Positions 27,789-36,226 of a stretch of 64,000 nucleotides of DNA are shown here, in pieces. The stretch comes from a virus. Lineage: Duplodnaviria; Caudoviricetes. Position 1 is the first letter of the stretch. Each line of letters begins with the position of its first letter. The position numbers and the translations under genes were made by a program. The stretch spans positions 225-64,224 of the IMG/VR virus record IMGVR_UViG_3300020577_010882; one strand, given 5' to 3'. Under the pieces are notes generated by a model. That model was not told the origin of the DNA. It ran no database searches and was given only the letters and a program-made list of their open reading frames with translations.

Positions 27789-29162
27789 TTACTCGTTGAA
27801 GTCGAGGTACACCATCTCGCCGAACGGCGGGAGGTAGTTCTCGGGCACGCGCTTCGTGGTGCTCGCCCACAGCACGGGGTAGGGCGGGATGTCGTTGTGC
27901 TCGTGCGTGCCGTACATGTCCGTCACGACGATCACGCAGGCCGGCTCGATGCCGCACTCCTTCAGCCACTCGAAGCAGGGCACGAAGCTCGTGCCGCCGC
28001 CGCCCGTGGGCTTGTAGTCCAGCACGTCGTACGGCTCGAACTCCTGCACGCCCTGAATCGCGGCGTCGAAGTACACGACGTGCGTGCGCTCCGGCTTCAC
28101 CTCTTCGATGATCGAGGAGACCTCGCCCATCACGACGCCCTGATCGTGCGGGGACATCATCGAGCCGGAGGTGTCCCAAAAGATCACGATGGGAGGCAGG
28201 TGCTCGCTGCGCAGCGCCGGCAGGTACATGCCGAGCGGCATGTAGCGCATCGACGGACGGCTCATGCTGTAGTCGGCACGCGCCACCTGCTGCGCGAACC
28301 GACGCATCACCGCCTTCCAATCGACGCGCGCCTCGACAGCGTCCTCGACGAGGATCGCGATCTCGGCGGGCAGGCTGCCGTGACCCTTGGCGTGCTCGGC
28401 CGCCTGCACGATGGCGCTCTTCCAGTCCATCTTGTCGGCGCTCGCGGTCTCCGCCGGGGCGTCCATCACGTCGCCCTTGGGCTTCACCTCGGGCAGGGCG
28501 CCGGATACCCCTGACTGCTGTTGCTCGCCCTTGCCGCCTTGCTGGCCGGGTTGCTGGCCTGCGCTCGGCTGCTTGCCCGGCTGCTTGCCGGCGCCGCCTT
28601 GCTTGCCCGGCTGCTGGCCGTCCTTCGGGGCGCCGTCGCCGCCTTGCTGGCCGCCGTCCTGCTCGTCCTCGTCTTCGCTGTCGCCCTGCTGCTGGCGCTT
28701 CTCCTCGTTGCGACGCTCGGCCTCGGCGAGGAGCACGTCGTAGATGCGCTCCGCGTTCCACCCGGTCCAGTCCGGGTTGATGAGCGCGTTCGGCACGTCG
28801 AAGCCGTTGCGCACGAGCACTTGGTCGATGGCGTAGTCGCAGGCGAGGTTCCAGATGTACGGATGCCGGCTACCCCTGCGCCACGGGTGCTCGGCGACGA
28901 CGTGCCACACCTCGTGAGCGATCAGCGCGATCAACTGCTTGTCGGTGAGCGCGGCGATGTACGACGGGTTGTAGTACAGGTGCACGGCGTCGGTGCCGGC
29001 GGAGATGACGGACGCCTTCTCCACCACCTTCAGGCGACCGCCGAGCAGTCCCCAAAACGGCAGCGACATGAGCATCGCCATGCGAGAGCGGGAGATGCGC
29101 AACCGCTCGTCGCCCTTGGGGCTGGCGAACTTGAACGGCTCCTGCTTGGGTAGTGCAAGCAT
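27789..29162 (-). CDS. DUF2201-type metallopeptidase + VWA domain protein
   Basis: AGTD...YNP...AHEVWHV..H..R...WN.A.D..I; Q/G linker; DTSGSM MIDAS, GGGGT, V.TD. Confidence 0.9.
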   Translation of the reverse strand: MLALPKQEPFKFASPKGDERLRISRSRMAMLMSLPFWGLLGGRLKVVEKASVISAGTDAVHLYYNPSYIAALTDKQLIALIAHEVWHVVAEHPWRRGSRHPYIWNLACDYAIDQVLVRNGFDVPNALINPDWTGWNAERIYDVLLAEAERRNEEKRQQQGDSEDEDEQDGGQQGGDGAPKDGQQPGKQGGAGKQPGKQPSAGQQPGQQGGKGEQQQSGVSGALPEVKPKGDVMDAPAETASADKMDWKSAIVQAAEHAKGHGSLPAEIAILVEDAVEARVDWKAVMRRFAQQVARADYSMSRPSMRYMPLGMYLPALRSEHLPPIVIFWDTSGSMMSPHDQGVVMGEVSSIIEEVKPERTHVVYFDAAIQGVQEFEPYDVLDYKPTGGGGTSFVPCFEWLKECGIEPACVIVVTDMYGTHEHNDIPPYPVLWASTTKRVPENYLPPFGEMVYLDFNE

Positions 29163-29202
29163 TGCGTTTCCTTTCGTGGCCCGGCTGATCGCGGGCCTTC
29201 GA

Positions 29203-29538
29203 TTACTTGCGGGTGCGGGTGAGTTCGGCGACGCGTCGCTTCGCCACCTCGATCAGGGTGTCGTACGTGCCGATGAACCCATCTTCGGTGCCGATGGCCT
29301 CGCTGTAGGGCAGGCGCATGGCCTGCGCTGCGGTGAGGTCTTCGACGACGATGGGCGTCTCGCCAAGCATCTGCGTGCCCGCCTGACTGAACATCGAGAG
29401 CGCCTTGTCGAGGGTGTCGAGATCGCTCTCGCCCACGACGTACACCGCGCGCCGCTTGGAGATTCTGCTGCCCATCAGCGCGCTCGACAGGGTGGAGTCC
29501 TTCCCCACCCTGTCGATGACGAGGATGCCGTACTTCAC
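29203..29538 (-). CDS. hypothetical protein
   Basis: GTGA-coupled. Confidence 0.65.
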   Translation of the reverse strand: MKYGILVIDRVGKDSTLSSALMGSRISKRRAVYVVGESDLDTLDKALSMFSQAGTQMLGETPIVVEDLTAAQAMRLPYSEAIGTEDGFIGTYDTLIEVAKRRVAELTRTRK

Positions 29539-30398
29539 GGCTGCCTCTTGTACATGCCGGCCATCATCTTCGCGATCTTGTCGGCACGCTTCGCCTGCTC
29601 GGCACGCACGTCGGCGTCGTCGCGCAAGGTCTGCGGCGACACCTTAGTGAGCGACTCGCGCACCTCCTGCGTCATGCGGATGAGGTCCGGGTCGTCGGTC
29701 ATGTTGAGCTTGGGCAGGATCGAGACGATGTCGATCACGTTGCCCACGAGCGAGTCGTGGAAGCGGCGGTTCGGATCCTTCAGTGCCGCCGCCATCTTGA
29801 CCACCGAGTCGTGCAGGCGCTCCCACAGATCGCGCATCGCATCGGCGGTCGCCTGCTCGACGCTCTGCGTGATCTGCCTGCGGATGCGGTCCACCTCGCG
29901 CTCGCTCATCTCGACGCGGAAGTCGTTCGCGCTCGGCACCGGGAAGTACACGACCTCGATGCCGTACTTCGCGCGCAGTTCGCCGGGCGCCGGGTAATCC
30001 TCCTCGTTGTACAGCCCGTTGAGCGCCTTCTTTGCGGCGGCCTTCAGGTCGTCGTACTCGTCGAGGAAGGTCTCGACCGCGTCGTCGAACTTGCGGCGAT
30101 ACTTCAGCACCTCGGAGTTGAAGTCGAGGTACATCGCCGCCGGCAGGATGCGAGCGCCCGTCTGCGTCCACGGCAGCGAGTGCTCGTAGATCCACGTGCG
30201 GACCTCGTTGGCGATCTTCGAGATCCGCACGAACGAGTCGGCCTTCACGTCGATGAGGCACTTGTTGTAGCGCCCCATGTCCTTCTCGTTGTGGTGCTCC
30301 TTCGCGACCGTGGCGGTGGCGGTGGCGTCGTAGCGGCGCGCGCTCCACGTGCGGATCGACGGGGAGGCGAGCATCGCTTGCGTGCTGATGGTCGTCAT
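29535..30398 (-). CDS. DUF3150-like protein
   Basis: W.ARRYD...SLPW...GARILP...F..EYD...YP...K.......PVP...DFR; sits between ATPase and VWA genes. Confidence 0.75.
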   Translation of the reverse strand: MTTISTQAMLASPSIRTWSARRYDATATATVAKEHHNEKDMGRYNKCLIDVKADSFVRISKIANEVRTWIYEHSLPWTQTGARILPAAMYLDFNSEVLKYRRKFDDAVETFLDEYDDLKAAAKKALNGLYNEEDYPAPGELRAKYGIEVVYFPVPSANDFRVEMSEREVDRIRRQITQSVEQATADAMRDLWERLHDSVVKMAAALKDPNRRFHDSLVGNVIDIVSILPKLNMTDDPDLIRMTQEVRESLTKVSPQTLRDDADVRAEQAKRADKIAKMMAGMYKRQP

Positions 30399-30400
30399 GT

Positions 30401-31455
30401 TCAGGCTGCCTTCTTCATGGTGTCGGAGAGGTTCGCCGCCTGCACCACCAGATCCCCGAGGGGGTGGGACGCGAGCTTGGCGAACGCCGGGTGCTTCATC
30501 AGCGTGCGGCCGATCTTGCGGTACACGTCCGAGACCATGATCGCGGACAGGTCCGTGGAGTCGGCGTTGTCGTACATGCGGATGCCGTACTTCACGACGG
30601 CGGCGAACTCCTTCTCGGTGGCGTAGTGCGCGACCGAGGTGCACACGGCGTACACGAGGTCGAGCTTCGTCGGGATCGGCGTGCCCATCGGGTCGTTGAA
30701 GATTTCCTCCGGCGTCGGGCAGTCCTCGACCATCTTCAGGTAGCCGCTGCGCCTTCGCCGACCGCGCCCATCATGGCGACCATGCGCATGTCGTCGGGGA
30801 GGTTCATGCCGAGGATCTTGTTCACCGCGTTCCACGTGCGGGGGCACGGCTGGTTCACGATGTCGGCGGACGCCTCGAACTTGTGCAGCGCCGCCGCTTG
30901 CACGTCACGCAGGTACGCCACGAGACGCGGATCGACTCCCTTCCTCTGCGCCCACAGCGACCACGACTTCGCGTCGGTCGTGAGTTCGACGATGCTGTCG
31001 AAGCGCGACTTCACCGGCTCCAGCAAGCCCTGCACGTTGGCGCGGTGCTTGCGGTCGTTCGTCGCCGCGAAGAACACCACGTTCGGGTTGCCGCGGTAGC
31101 GGTCGAGCATCTGCATGACGCCGGCCTGCGTGGCGGGGAGCGCCTGACCGAGGTCGTCGATGAAGACGAGCGTGAGCGAGGTGGCTTCCTCGATCTCGCG
31201 CAGTTGACCGAAGGGCAGGAACTCGGCGCGCGGGCCGTGCTCGGTCTGCACCACCCACGGGGCGCCCTTGTAGTCGGTCGGCTCGCCCACGGAGGGGTGC
31301 ATGATGACGAGCTTGGCGCCGGCCGGAGCGGCGATGTCGTTCTCGATGATCTCGGTCTTGCCGATGCCGGGGGCGCCCTTCACGAGCAGGCGGGAGTGGG
31401 AAGCGAGGAAGGCGGTGCCGAGGACGGCGAGTTGCTGCGGATTGACGGTGGACAT
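30401..31455 (-). pseudogene. MoxR/AAA_5-like ATPase split by a frameshift near 30745
   Basis: GAPGIGKT, LVFIDDL, ATN, SRF in 30736..31455; C-terminal half SGYLKMVEDCPTPEEI... continues in another frame to 30401. Confidence 0.8.
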
Positions 31456-31542
31456 GGTTCCCTTTCGTGGCCCGGCGATGCGGGCCTTCGATGCGCGGCG
31501 AAGCCGTCGCCGCTGCGGTTTGTGCTGCGATACCTCTGACTG

Positions 31543-31773
31543 CTATTGCTGGACCGGCATCTCGTCGAGCACGCTCCACCCGAGCGCAGCGAACACTCGC
31601 TCGGTCGCGTGGTCGGGCATGGCCCTGCGCAGCGCGATCTTCTTCGCGTGGTGGATCTCGTAGATCGCCATCGAGCGCGGCACGATCCAGCAGCCGCCCG
31701 GCGAGATGATGCTCACGAAGAACTCCAGCCACTCCTTCGCTTCGGCCATGCCTTCGGGGGTGTCGATGTTCAT
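31543..31773 (-). CDS. hypothetical protein
   Basis: ATGA-coupled. Confidence 0.65.
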   Translation of the reverse strand: MNIDTPEGMAEAKEWLEFFVSIISPGGCWIVPRSMAIYEIHHAKKIALRRAMPDHATERVFAALGWSVLDEMPVQQ

Positions 31774-32432
31774 GCCGTCACCACGTCGCGCTCGTTCCAG
31801 TAGCGGCGCTCGGCCTGCTCACGCAGGTACGACTTGTGCGCGCCCTCGGCCATCTCCTTTCCGCACTCGACGGCGTACTCCATGCCGATGTATCCGCCGC
31901 ACGAGTCGAGCACCTCGCCCTTGTCGTCCAGCACCTCGACGAAGTAGCACTCGCCGTTGCGCCAGCGCCCGAACTCCTCGACGATGGCGGAGAGCGTGAC
32001 CTTCATCACGTTCGCCAGCTTCGGCGTCATGCGCTTGCGGCCTTGCCATTCGAGCGCGTCCTTCGGCGTGATGTACACGTACCCGGAGCGACCGCTGTCC
32101 CACTGGCAGTGGAAGGGATGCGTGCGCATCGCCATGCCGGAGTGCATGTACGTGTAGACCGGCAGGCCGATCAGCGGATCGAGCAGTTCCTCCTTGCGCA
32201 TCGCGCGGTCGAGGTTGATGCTCTTGTCGCTGAACGCCTCGATGCGCTGGCCGATCTCCTCGTCTCCGTCGCTGTCGAGCGGCTCGTTGCCGAGAGTGTG
32301 GCGGCTGCCCTTGCGGTAGCTGATCTTCACGGGGCCGGCGCCGTCGAGCGGCGAGTCTGTGTGCTCGTCGTGCGAGAGGCGGATCTTGTAGGTGCGACCG
32401 TCGTGGGTGACGGTCTCGCTGTGCGGTTCCAT
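31770..32432 (-). CDS. conserved phage/ICE hypothetical protein
   Basis: LPVY.Y.HSG......F.CQWDSG..GYVY...DSCGGY.G. Confidence 0.8.
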   Translation of the reverse strand: MEPHSETVTHDGRTYKIRLSHDEHTDSPLDGAGPVKISYRKGSRHTLGNEPLDSDGDEEIGQRIEAFSDKSINLDRAMRKEELLDPLIGLPVYTYMHSGMAMRTHPFHCQWDSGRSGYVYITPKDALEWQGRKRMTPKLANVMKVTLSAIVEEFGRWRNGECYFVEVLDDKGEVLDSCGGYIGMEYAVECGKEMAEGAHKSYLREQAERRYWNERDVVTA

Positions 32433-32434
32433 GT

Positions 32435-32716
32435 TCAGACTCCCTTCTTGCAGGGTTCGTCGAGCGCGGGGTTGACCTCGTGGTTGAGGCCGGTGAACGC
32501 GGTGGCGTTGCAGGTCACGCACCACGCAACGTGGTAGTAGACGACGCCGTTCTTGCGCAGGCTTCTCGCGTTGACGCGGGGTCGCGCCTCGAACATGCCG
32601 AGGCGGTGCCCGAGTTCCTCTGCGATGCGCCTGACCGTTTTCTTCGTCTTCGCCCGGCGGCCCGCCGCCTTCGGCAGGCCGCCGAGCGCGTTGGCGAGCA
32701 GCCGGTGATCGGCCAT
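32435..32716 (-). CDS. hypothetical protein
   Basis: Basic ORF with CxxC. Confidence 0.55.
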   Translation of the reverse strand: MADHRLLANALGGLPKAAGRRAKTKKTVRRIAEELGHRLGMFEARPRVNARSLRKNGVVYYHVAWCVTCNATAFTGLNHEVNPALDEPCKKGV

Positions 32717-32718
32717 CG

Positions 32719-33360
32719 CTACGCCGCCATCTGCATGAGGCCGCGGTCGAGCGTGGCGAGGCGCACGGCCTCGGCCTCCTCGGCGTTCGTGGGGAAGAGC
32801 ACGAGGTCGCCGAAGAGCGCGGCGAGTCGGTTGCCCATGAGCACGTACTGGCTTGCGAGGTGCAGGTGGGCGCGCTTCGTGTGCTCGGCGCGGCACCGGG
32901 ACGCGTCGTCGAGCGCGATCTTCACGACCGTCTCGTACTCGGCGTAGATTTCCTGCCGCACGCCGAGCATGTTGTCGAGCGTGAGGCCGCCGAGGCTCTT
33001 GATGATCTTGCCCGGCACCTCGAAGACCGCGTGATCCCCGTGCATCTGGTGGATCATGCCGCGCACGTCGCGCTTCTGGCCCTCGGTGGTCGGCGTGCTC
33101 TTCGTGGTGTTCACGAGGATGTAGAGCACCTCGTTCACGTGGAAGATGCGGGCCAGCGGGTAGTGCACGCCGTAGCTGTAGAGCGTGGCGCCGTCGAAGT
33201 ACATGCGGTAGCTGCCGGTATCCTTCGACTTGCCGCCGCCGTAGCCCTCCTTCTGCGTTTGCAGGAGCCACGCCCTGATGCACTCGTTGTAGTGGCGGAA
33301 GACGGTGGTGACGCCGCGCTGGCGGCTGCCCGGGAGTTGGAAGCGGTAGATCGGACCCAT
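32719..33360 (-). CDS. hypothetical protein
   Basis: Preceded by the hairpin-SD motif; LYSYG.HYPLA. Confidence 0.8.
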   Translation of the reverse strand: MGPIYRFQLPGSRQRGVTTVFRHYNECIRAWLLQTQKEGYGGGKSKDTGSYRMYFDGATLYSYGVHYPLARIFHVNEVLYILVNTTKSTPTTEGQKRDVRGMIHQMHGDHAVFEVPGKIIKSLGGLTLDNMLGVRQEIYAEYETVVKIALDDASRCRAEHTKRAHLHLASQYVLMGNRLAALFGDLVLFPTNAEEAEAVRLATLDRGLMQMAA

Positions 33361-33439
33361 GAGGTTTCCTTTCGTGGCTCGGCGTGAAGCGGGCCTTCGA
33401 TGTGCCGCAGACCGTGCGGCGCGGGTGAATCAGGTGCGG

Positions 33440-33766
33440 TCAGGGGTGCCCGTCGCGCACCATCGCGCCGAGCGCAGCCTCGCGGTCGCGCTGCTCGTCG
33501 CTGCGCAATCCGTCTTCGCGTCCCTCGGCCTTCGCGACCGCATCGCGCGCTGCGTGGATGCTCGGAAGGTGCATGACGCCCGGCCGGGCGCCGAGGTCGC
33601 CGAGGAGTTCCTTGAGCGCGGCGAGCATTTCCGGCGCGGCCTCGAAGAGCTTGCCGTAGTGACTCCTCTCGGCGGACTTGATGTGCTGGTTGAAGGTGGC
33701 GATCCGGGTGCGGTACTTGTCCGAACCGTTGATGCCGAAGCCGTCGTAGCTGATTTCGCTCATCAC
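33440..33766 (-). CDS. phage hypothetical protein (AAPEMLAAL motif)
   Basis: Common phage motif L..AAPE.L.AL. Confidence 0.7.
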   Translation of the reverse strand: MMSEISYDGFGINGSDKYRTRIATFNQHIKSAERSHYGKLFEAAPEMLAALKELLGDLGARPGVMHLPSIHAARDAVAKAEGREDGLRSDEQRDREAALGAMVRDGHP

Positions 33767-33828
33767 AGCGCCCCGGACGCGAGGAGCTTGCGCAGGCGCC
33801 GCTCGGCGGCGCGGGTGAGTCGCTTCAT
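33763..33828 (-). CDS. 21-aa basic micro-ORF
   Basis: AGGAGA SD; stop overlaps the next start. Confidence 0.5.
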   Translation of the reverse strand: MKRLTRAAERRLRKLLASGAL

Positions 33829-33838
33829 GGTGGGTCTC

Positions 33839-34039
33839 CTAGAGGATCGGCAGGTTGTGCAGGTTGAGGACGGCGGCGATGTTCTCCACACGCTCGTTTC
33901 CGCAGCACTCGCGTTTCGCCTCGTCGTGGTGGACGAACGTGCGCGCCTTCGCGAGGTCGCTGGTGTACGAGCGCTTGCTGCCGGGCGGGGCGGCGTACAT
34001 GCCGTCCGAGGTGCGGCGGATCACGAAGACGGTGTGCAT
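33839..34039 (-). CDS. hypothetical protein
   Basis: GAGG SD; FVIRR..DG.Y...YTSDL.KARTF. Confidence 0.65.
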   Translation of the reverse strand: MHTVFVIRRTSDGMYAAPPGSKRSYTSDLAKARTFVHHDEAKRECCGNERVENIAAVLNLHNLPIL

Positions 34040-34047
34040 GGCGGCCT

Positions 34048-34206
34048 CTACGCCGGCACCATCGCGGCGCGGCGCATGAGGCGTGCAGTCTCGGCGGTGC
34101 GCTTCTTCTTCCACTGCTCGACGCGCTTCAGGGCATCGGCGTCGGGCAGGCGGATGTGCTTCGCGAAGAGGTCGGCGAGGTGGGCGCGGCGTTGGGCACG
34201 GTTCAT
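34048..34206 (-). CDS. hypothetical protein (MNRAQRR)
   Basis: AGGAGA SD. Confidence 0.65.
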   Translation of the reverse strand: MNRAQRRAHLADLFAKHIRLPDADALKRVEQWKKKRTAETARLMRRAAMVPA

Positions 34207-34226
34207 GGTGGTCTCCTGTCGTGGGT

Positions 34227-34269
34227 GTGGCACCTGCAAGCGCTCGCTCGGAACGCTTGCAGGTGCCAC
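34227..34269. repeat. perfect 16-bp inverted repeat with 11-nt loop
   Basis: GTGGCACCTGCAAGCG / CGCTTGCAGGTGCCAC. Confidence 0.95.
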
Positions 34270-34490
34270 CCTTGCGGGTGGCGTGAGCCAGAGAACCCCT
34301 CAGAACTAGCTCGTTCAATCGTTCGGGGTGTTGGCTCCCTCGGCGGTGAATCGCGTCAGGGTGACGCTATGGATATCGAGACACGGCTCGGTCTCCTCTG
34401 TCATTGGTGGCGCGAGCTATCCCTAGCCCGCAGGAACGGTACGCGTCATGCGTGGTGGGGCACGTGCGCGGTGCATCGTTCTCCTCGCGG

Positions 34491-34820
34491 TCAGAACGGG
34501 ATGTCGTCGTCCTCGCACGCAGCCGGCTTCGTGCTCACGCACTCGGCCGGGAGGCGCGGGAGGATGTACGTCTCGGATTCGTGGTCGCCGTCGTCCATCG
34601 CGTCGGCCTTCGCTTCCGCGCCTTCGCGGGAGTCGCACGTGGCGAGCACGACGTGGCGCGTGCCGATCAGGCCATCGGTGAAGCGGCAGTGCGCGGGCAT
34701 GCGGCAGAGCACGACGAACTTGCCTTCGGCGACCGCGCGTTCCGCGGCGTCGAGCGCGTCGGCGTTCTCGCCGATGAGGCCGATCTGCGAACCCTGAGCG
34801 ACTTGCTGGAACTCGTTCAT
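34491..34820 (-). CDS. acidic protein with SSB-like C-terminal DDDIPF
   Basis: AAAGGA SD; ends ACEDDDIPF; no OB-fold motifs recognised. Confidence 0.75.
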   Translation of the reverse strand: MNEFQQVAQGSQIGLIGENADALDAAERAVAEGKFVVLCRMPAHCRFTDGLIGTRHVVLATCDSREGAEAKADAMDDGDHESETYILPRLPAECVSTKPAACEDDDIPF

Positions 34821-34839
34821 GGAATTCCTTTCGTGGTGG

Positions 34840-35653
34840 CGTGGCGCACGGGAGGGCCGGGCACGGAATTGAGCAGGCGTCGCTTGCGCGGCCCCGTTAG
34901 TCCAATCTCACCGTGTTTGTCCCGACCCTCTCGTGCGCCCCCTCGTACGGGAGGGGAGCGCACTTCGTACACGCTGTAGGCCCGCAAGTGTTTGGCCGTG
35001 GCGTTGGTTCACCGCTTTTCCCTTCAGTTGCGCGATGCTGGTGAGGCACCGCCGATGCTCTCGTGCGCTTCTAAGCGTGGATGTGCGGCGGCCTTGCGCG
35101 GCCGGCACGAGGAGGATGACGACACGTGAACCGTTCCTTCGGGGTTAGGTCGCCCCGTGCGCCATGACGTGCGGCATGCAAGCCGCGCGCTTTAGGCGCT
35201 ACGTGTCGTTGCAGGGTGCATCCCGAGAGTGCTCGGGTCCGGCGAGACTTTCTGTTCCGGGCGGGCGCTTCAGCGTTCACGGCTATGCCGTTCGTCGTGG
35301 CCCCCACTCCGCCGTTCGTACCTCGTCGCTGGTGCAGTCGTGGTGGGTGGTGCTCTCCAGCATCCTCGGGTCACGCAGGGGCAGCCTTGCGCTGCGTCCG
35401 TGCCCTCGTCCCGTCCGTCGCGCCCCCGTCAAACTGATCTTTCGCGGGAAACGCGCCTCGCAGGCGGTGCGTCAGGAGAGTCCTTTCCTGCCCCGCTGCG
35501 CCGTCCAACTGGCGAGCAGACTCGGATGGTCTCGTCCGGTGTTCGGGCACAGGTCTCATCGGCTTTCGCCTGATCGGCCTTCCGGCCATGTTGCCTGTTG
35601 AGCGCTTTCGCGGTCCCTACCACCCCGTTCGGCCCGTTGCTGCAACCGAACAG
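34840..35653 (-). ncRNA. candidate large structured RNA / leader (~810 nt)
   Basis: No credible ORF; many helices and at least five GNRA-capped hairpins, all on the transcribed strand. Confidence 0.55.
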
Positions 35654-35659
35654 GACTCC

Positions 35660-35689
35660 ATTATCGCACAAGCGATGAGCGTTTGTCAA
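35660..35689 (-). promoter_or_regulatory. leftward sigma70 promoter with operator
   Basis: TTGACA-N18-GATAAT; ATCGC-ACAA-GCGAT at 35663-35676. Confidence 0.8.
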
Positions 35690-35774
35690 GCGGTTATGGA
35701 AAGTGAGGAGGGGGTAGGGGGGAGGAGCGCGGGCGCACGCTCGTGCACGTGACCCACGCGTCGCTCGCGAGCGC

Positions 35775-35815
35775 ATCGCATGGGCGATTGACAGACCCCG
35801 GGGGACCGATATACT
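35775..35815 (+). promoter_or_regulatory. rightward (late) promoter with operator overlapping -35
   Basis: ATCGC-ATGG-GCGAT 35775-35788; TTGACA-N16-TATACT 35788-35815. Confidence 0.8.
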
Positions 35816-36055
35816 CGCGGTCCAAGAAGAACAACAAGCACAAGATGCAGTGGGGTAGGGGGAGCTTTGCCCTAGCCCTAGTAGCACCGAATGCGTTCCC
35901 ACGCCGCGCCGCTGTCGTTGCCGTCTGCTCGGGCGGCGCCGTTTCCCTGCGGTCTCCAGACGACAGCGGAATCCCTCGCGGCGGGGGAACGCGACTATCA
36001 CCACCCCGCCAGCGCGCAGCGGCGGGCCGACGCCTCGTAAGTGGCGTCTCTCATT
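35816..36055 (+). ncRNA. structured late leader
   Basis: 10-bp helix 35909-35918/35960-35969 enclosing two hairpins, plus three flanking hairpins. Confidence 0.45.
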
Positions 36056-36130
36056 GCGGGCGTGGTCGAGCGGTCAGGCGTCAGCCTTCCAAGCTGTTCC
36101 ACGCAGGTTCGATTCCTGTCGCCCGCTCCA
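36056..36130 (+). tRNA. tRNA-Gly(TCC)
   Basis: GCGGGCG/CGCCCGC-T-CCA acceptor; CT-TCC-AA loop; GGTTCGATTCC T-arm. Confidence 0.9.
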
Positions 36131-36226
36131 GCGCCAACGAGCGTCATCCGGTAGACGGCGCGTGCGCCACTCCGGCGCGGCCCGCTCGCCAACGTAGGCC
36201 GTGAATCATTCAGCGCGAGGACCGAA

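Noticed and set aside
30736-30760. Programmed -1 frameshift in the ATPase
   Set aside because: No X XXY YYZ slippery site; a deletion or assembly error explains it better
35540-35575. Hammerhead-like CCGATGAG next to GAAA
   Set aside because: The GAAA is a tetraloop upstream of the motif; order and stems do not fit
35164-36004. ORFs 35164..35601(+), 35429..36004(-) and 35743..36204(+)
   Set aside because: No RBS, non-protein-like composition, and they overlap promoters and the tRNA
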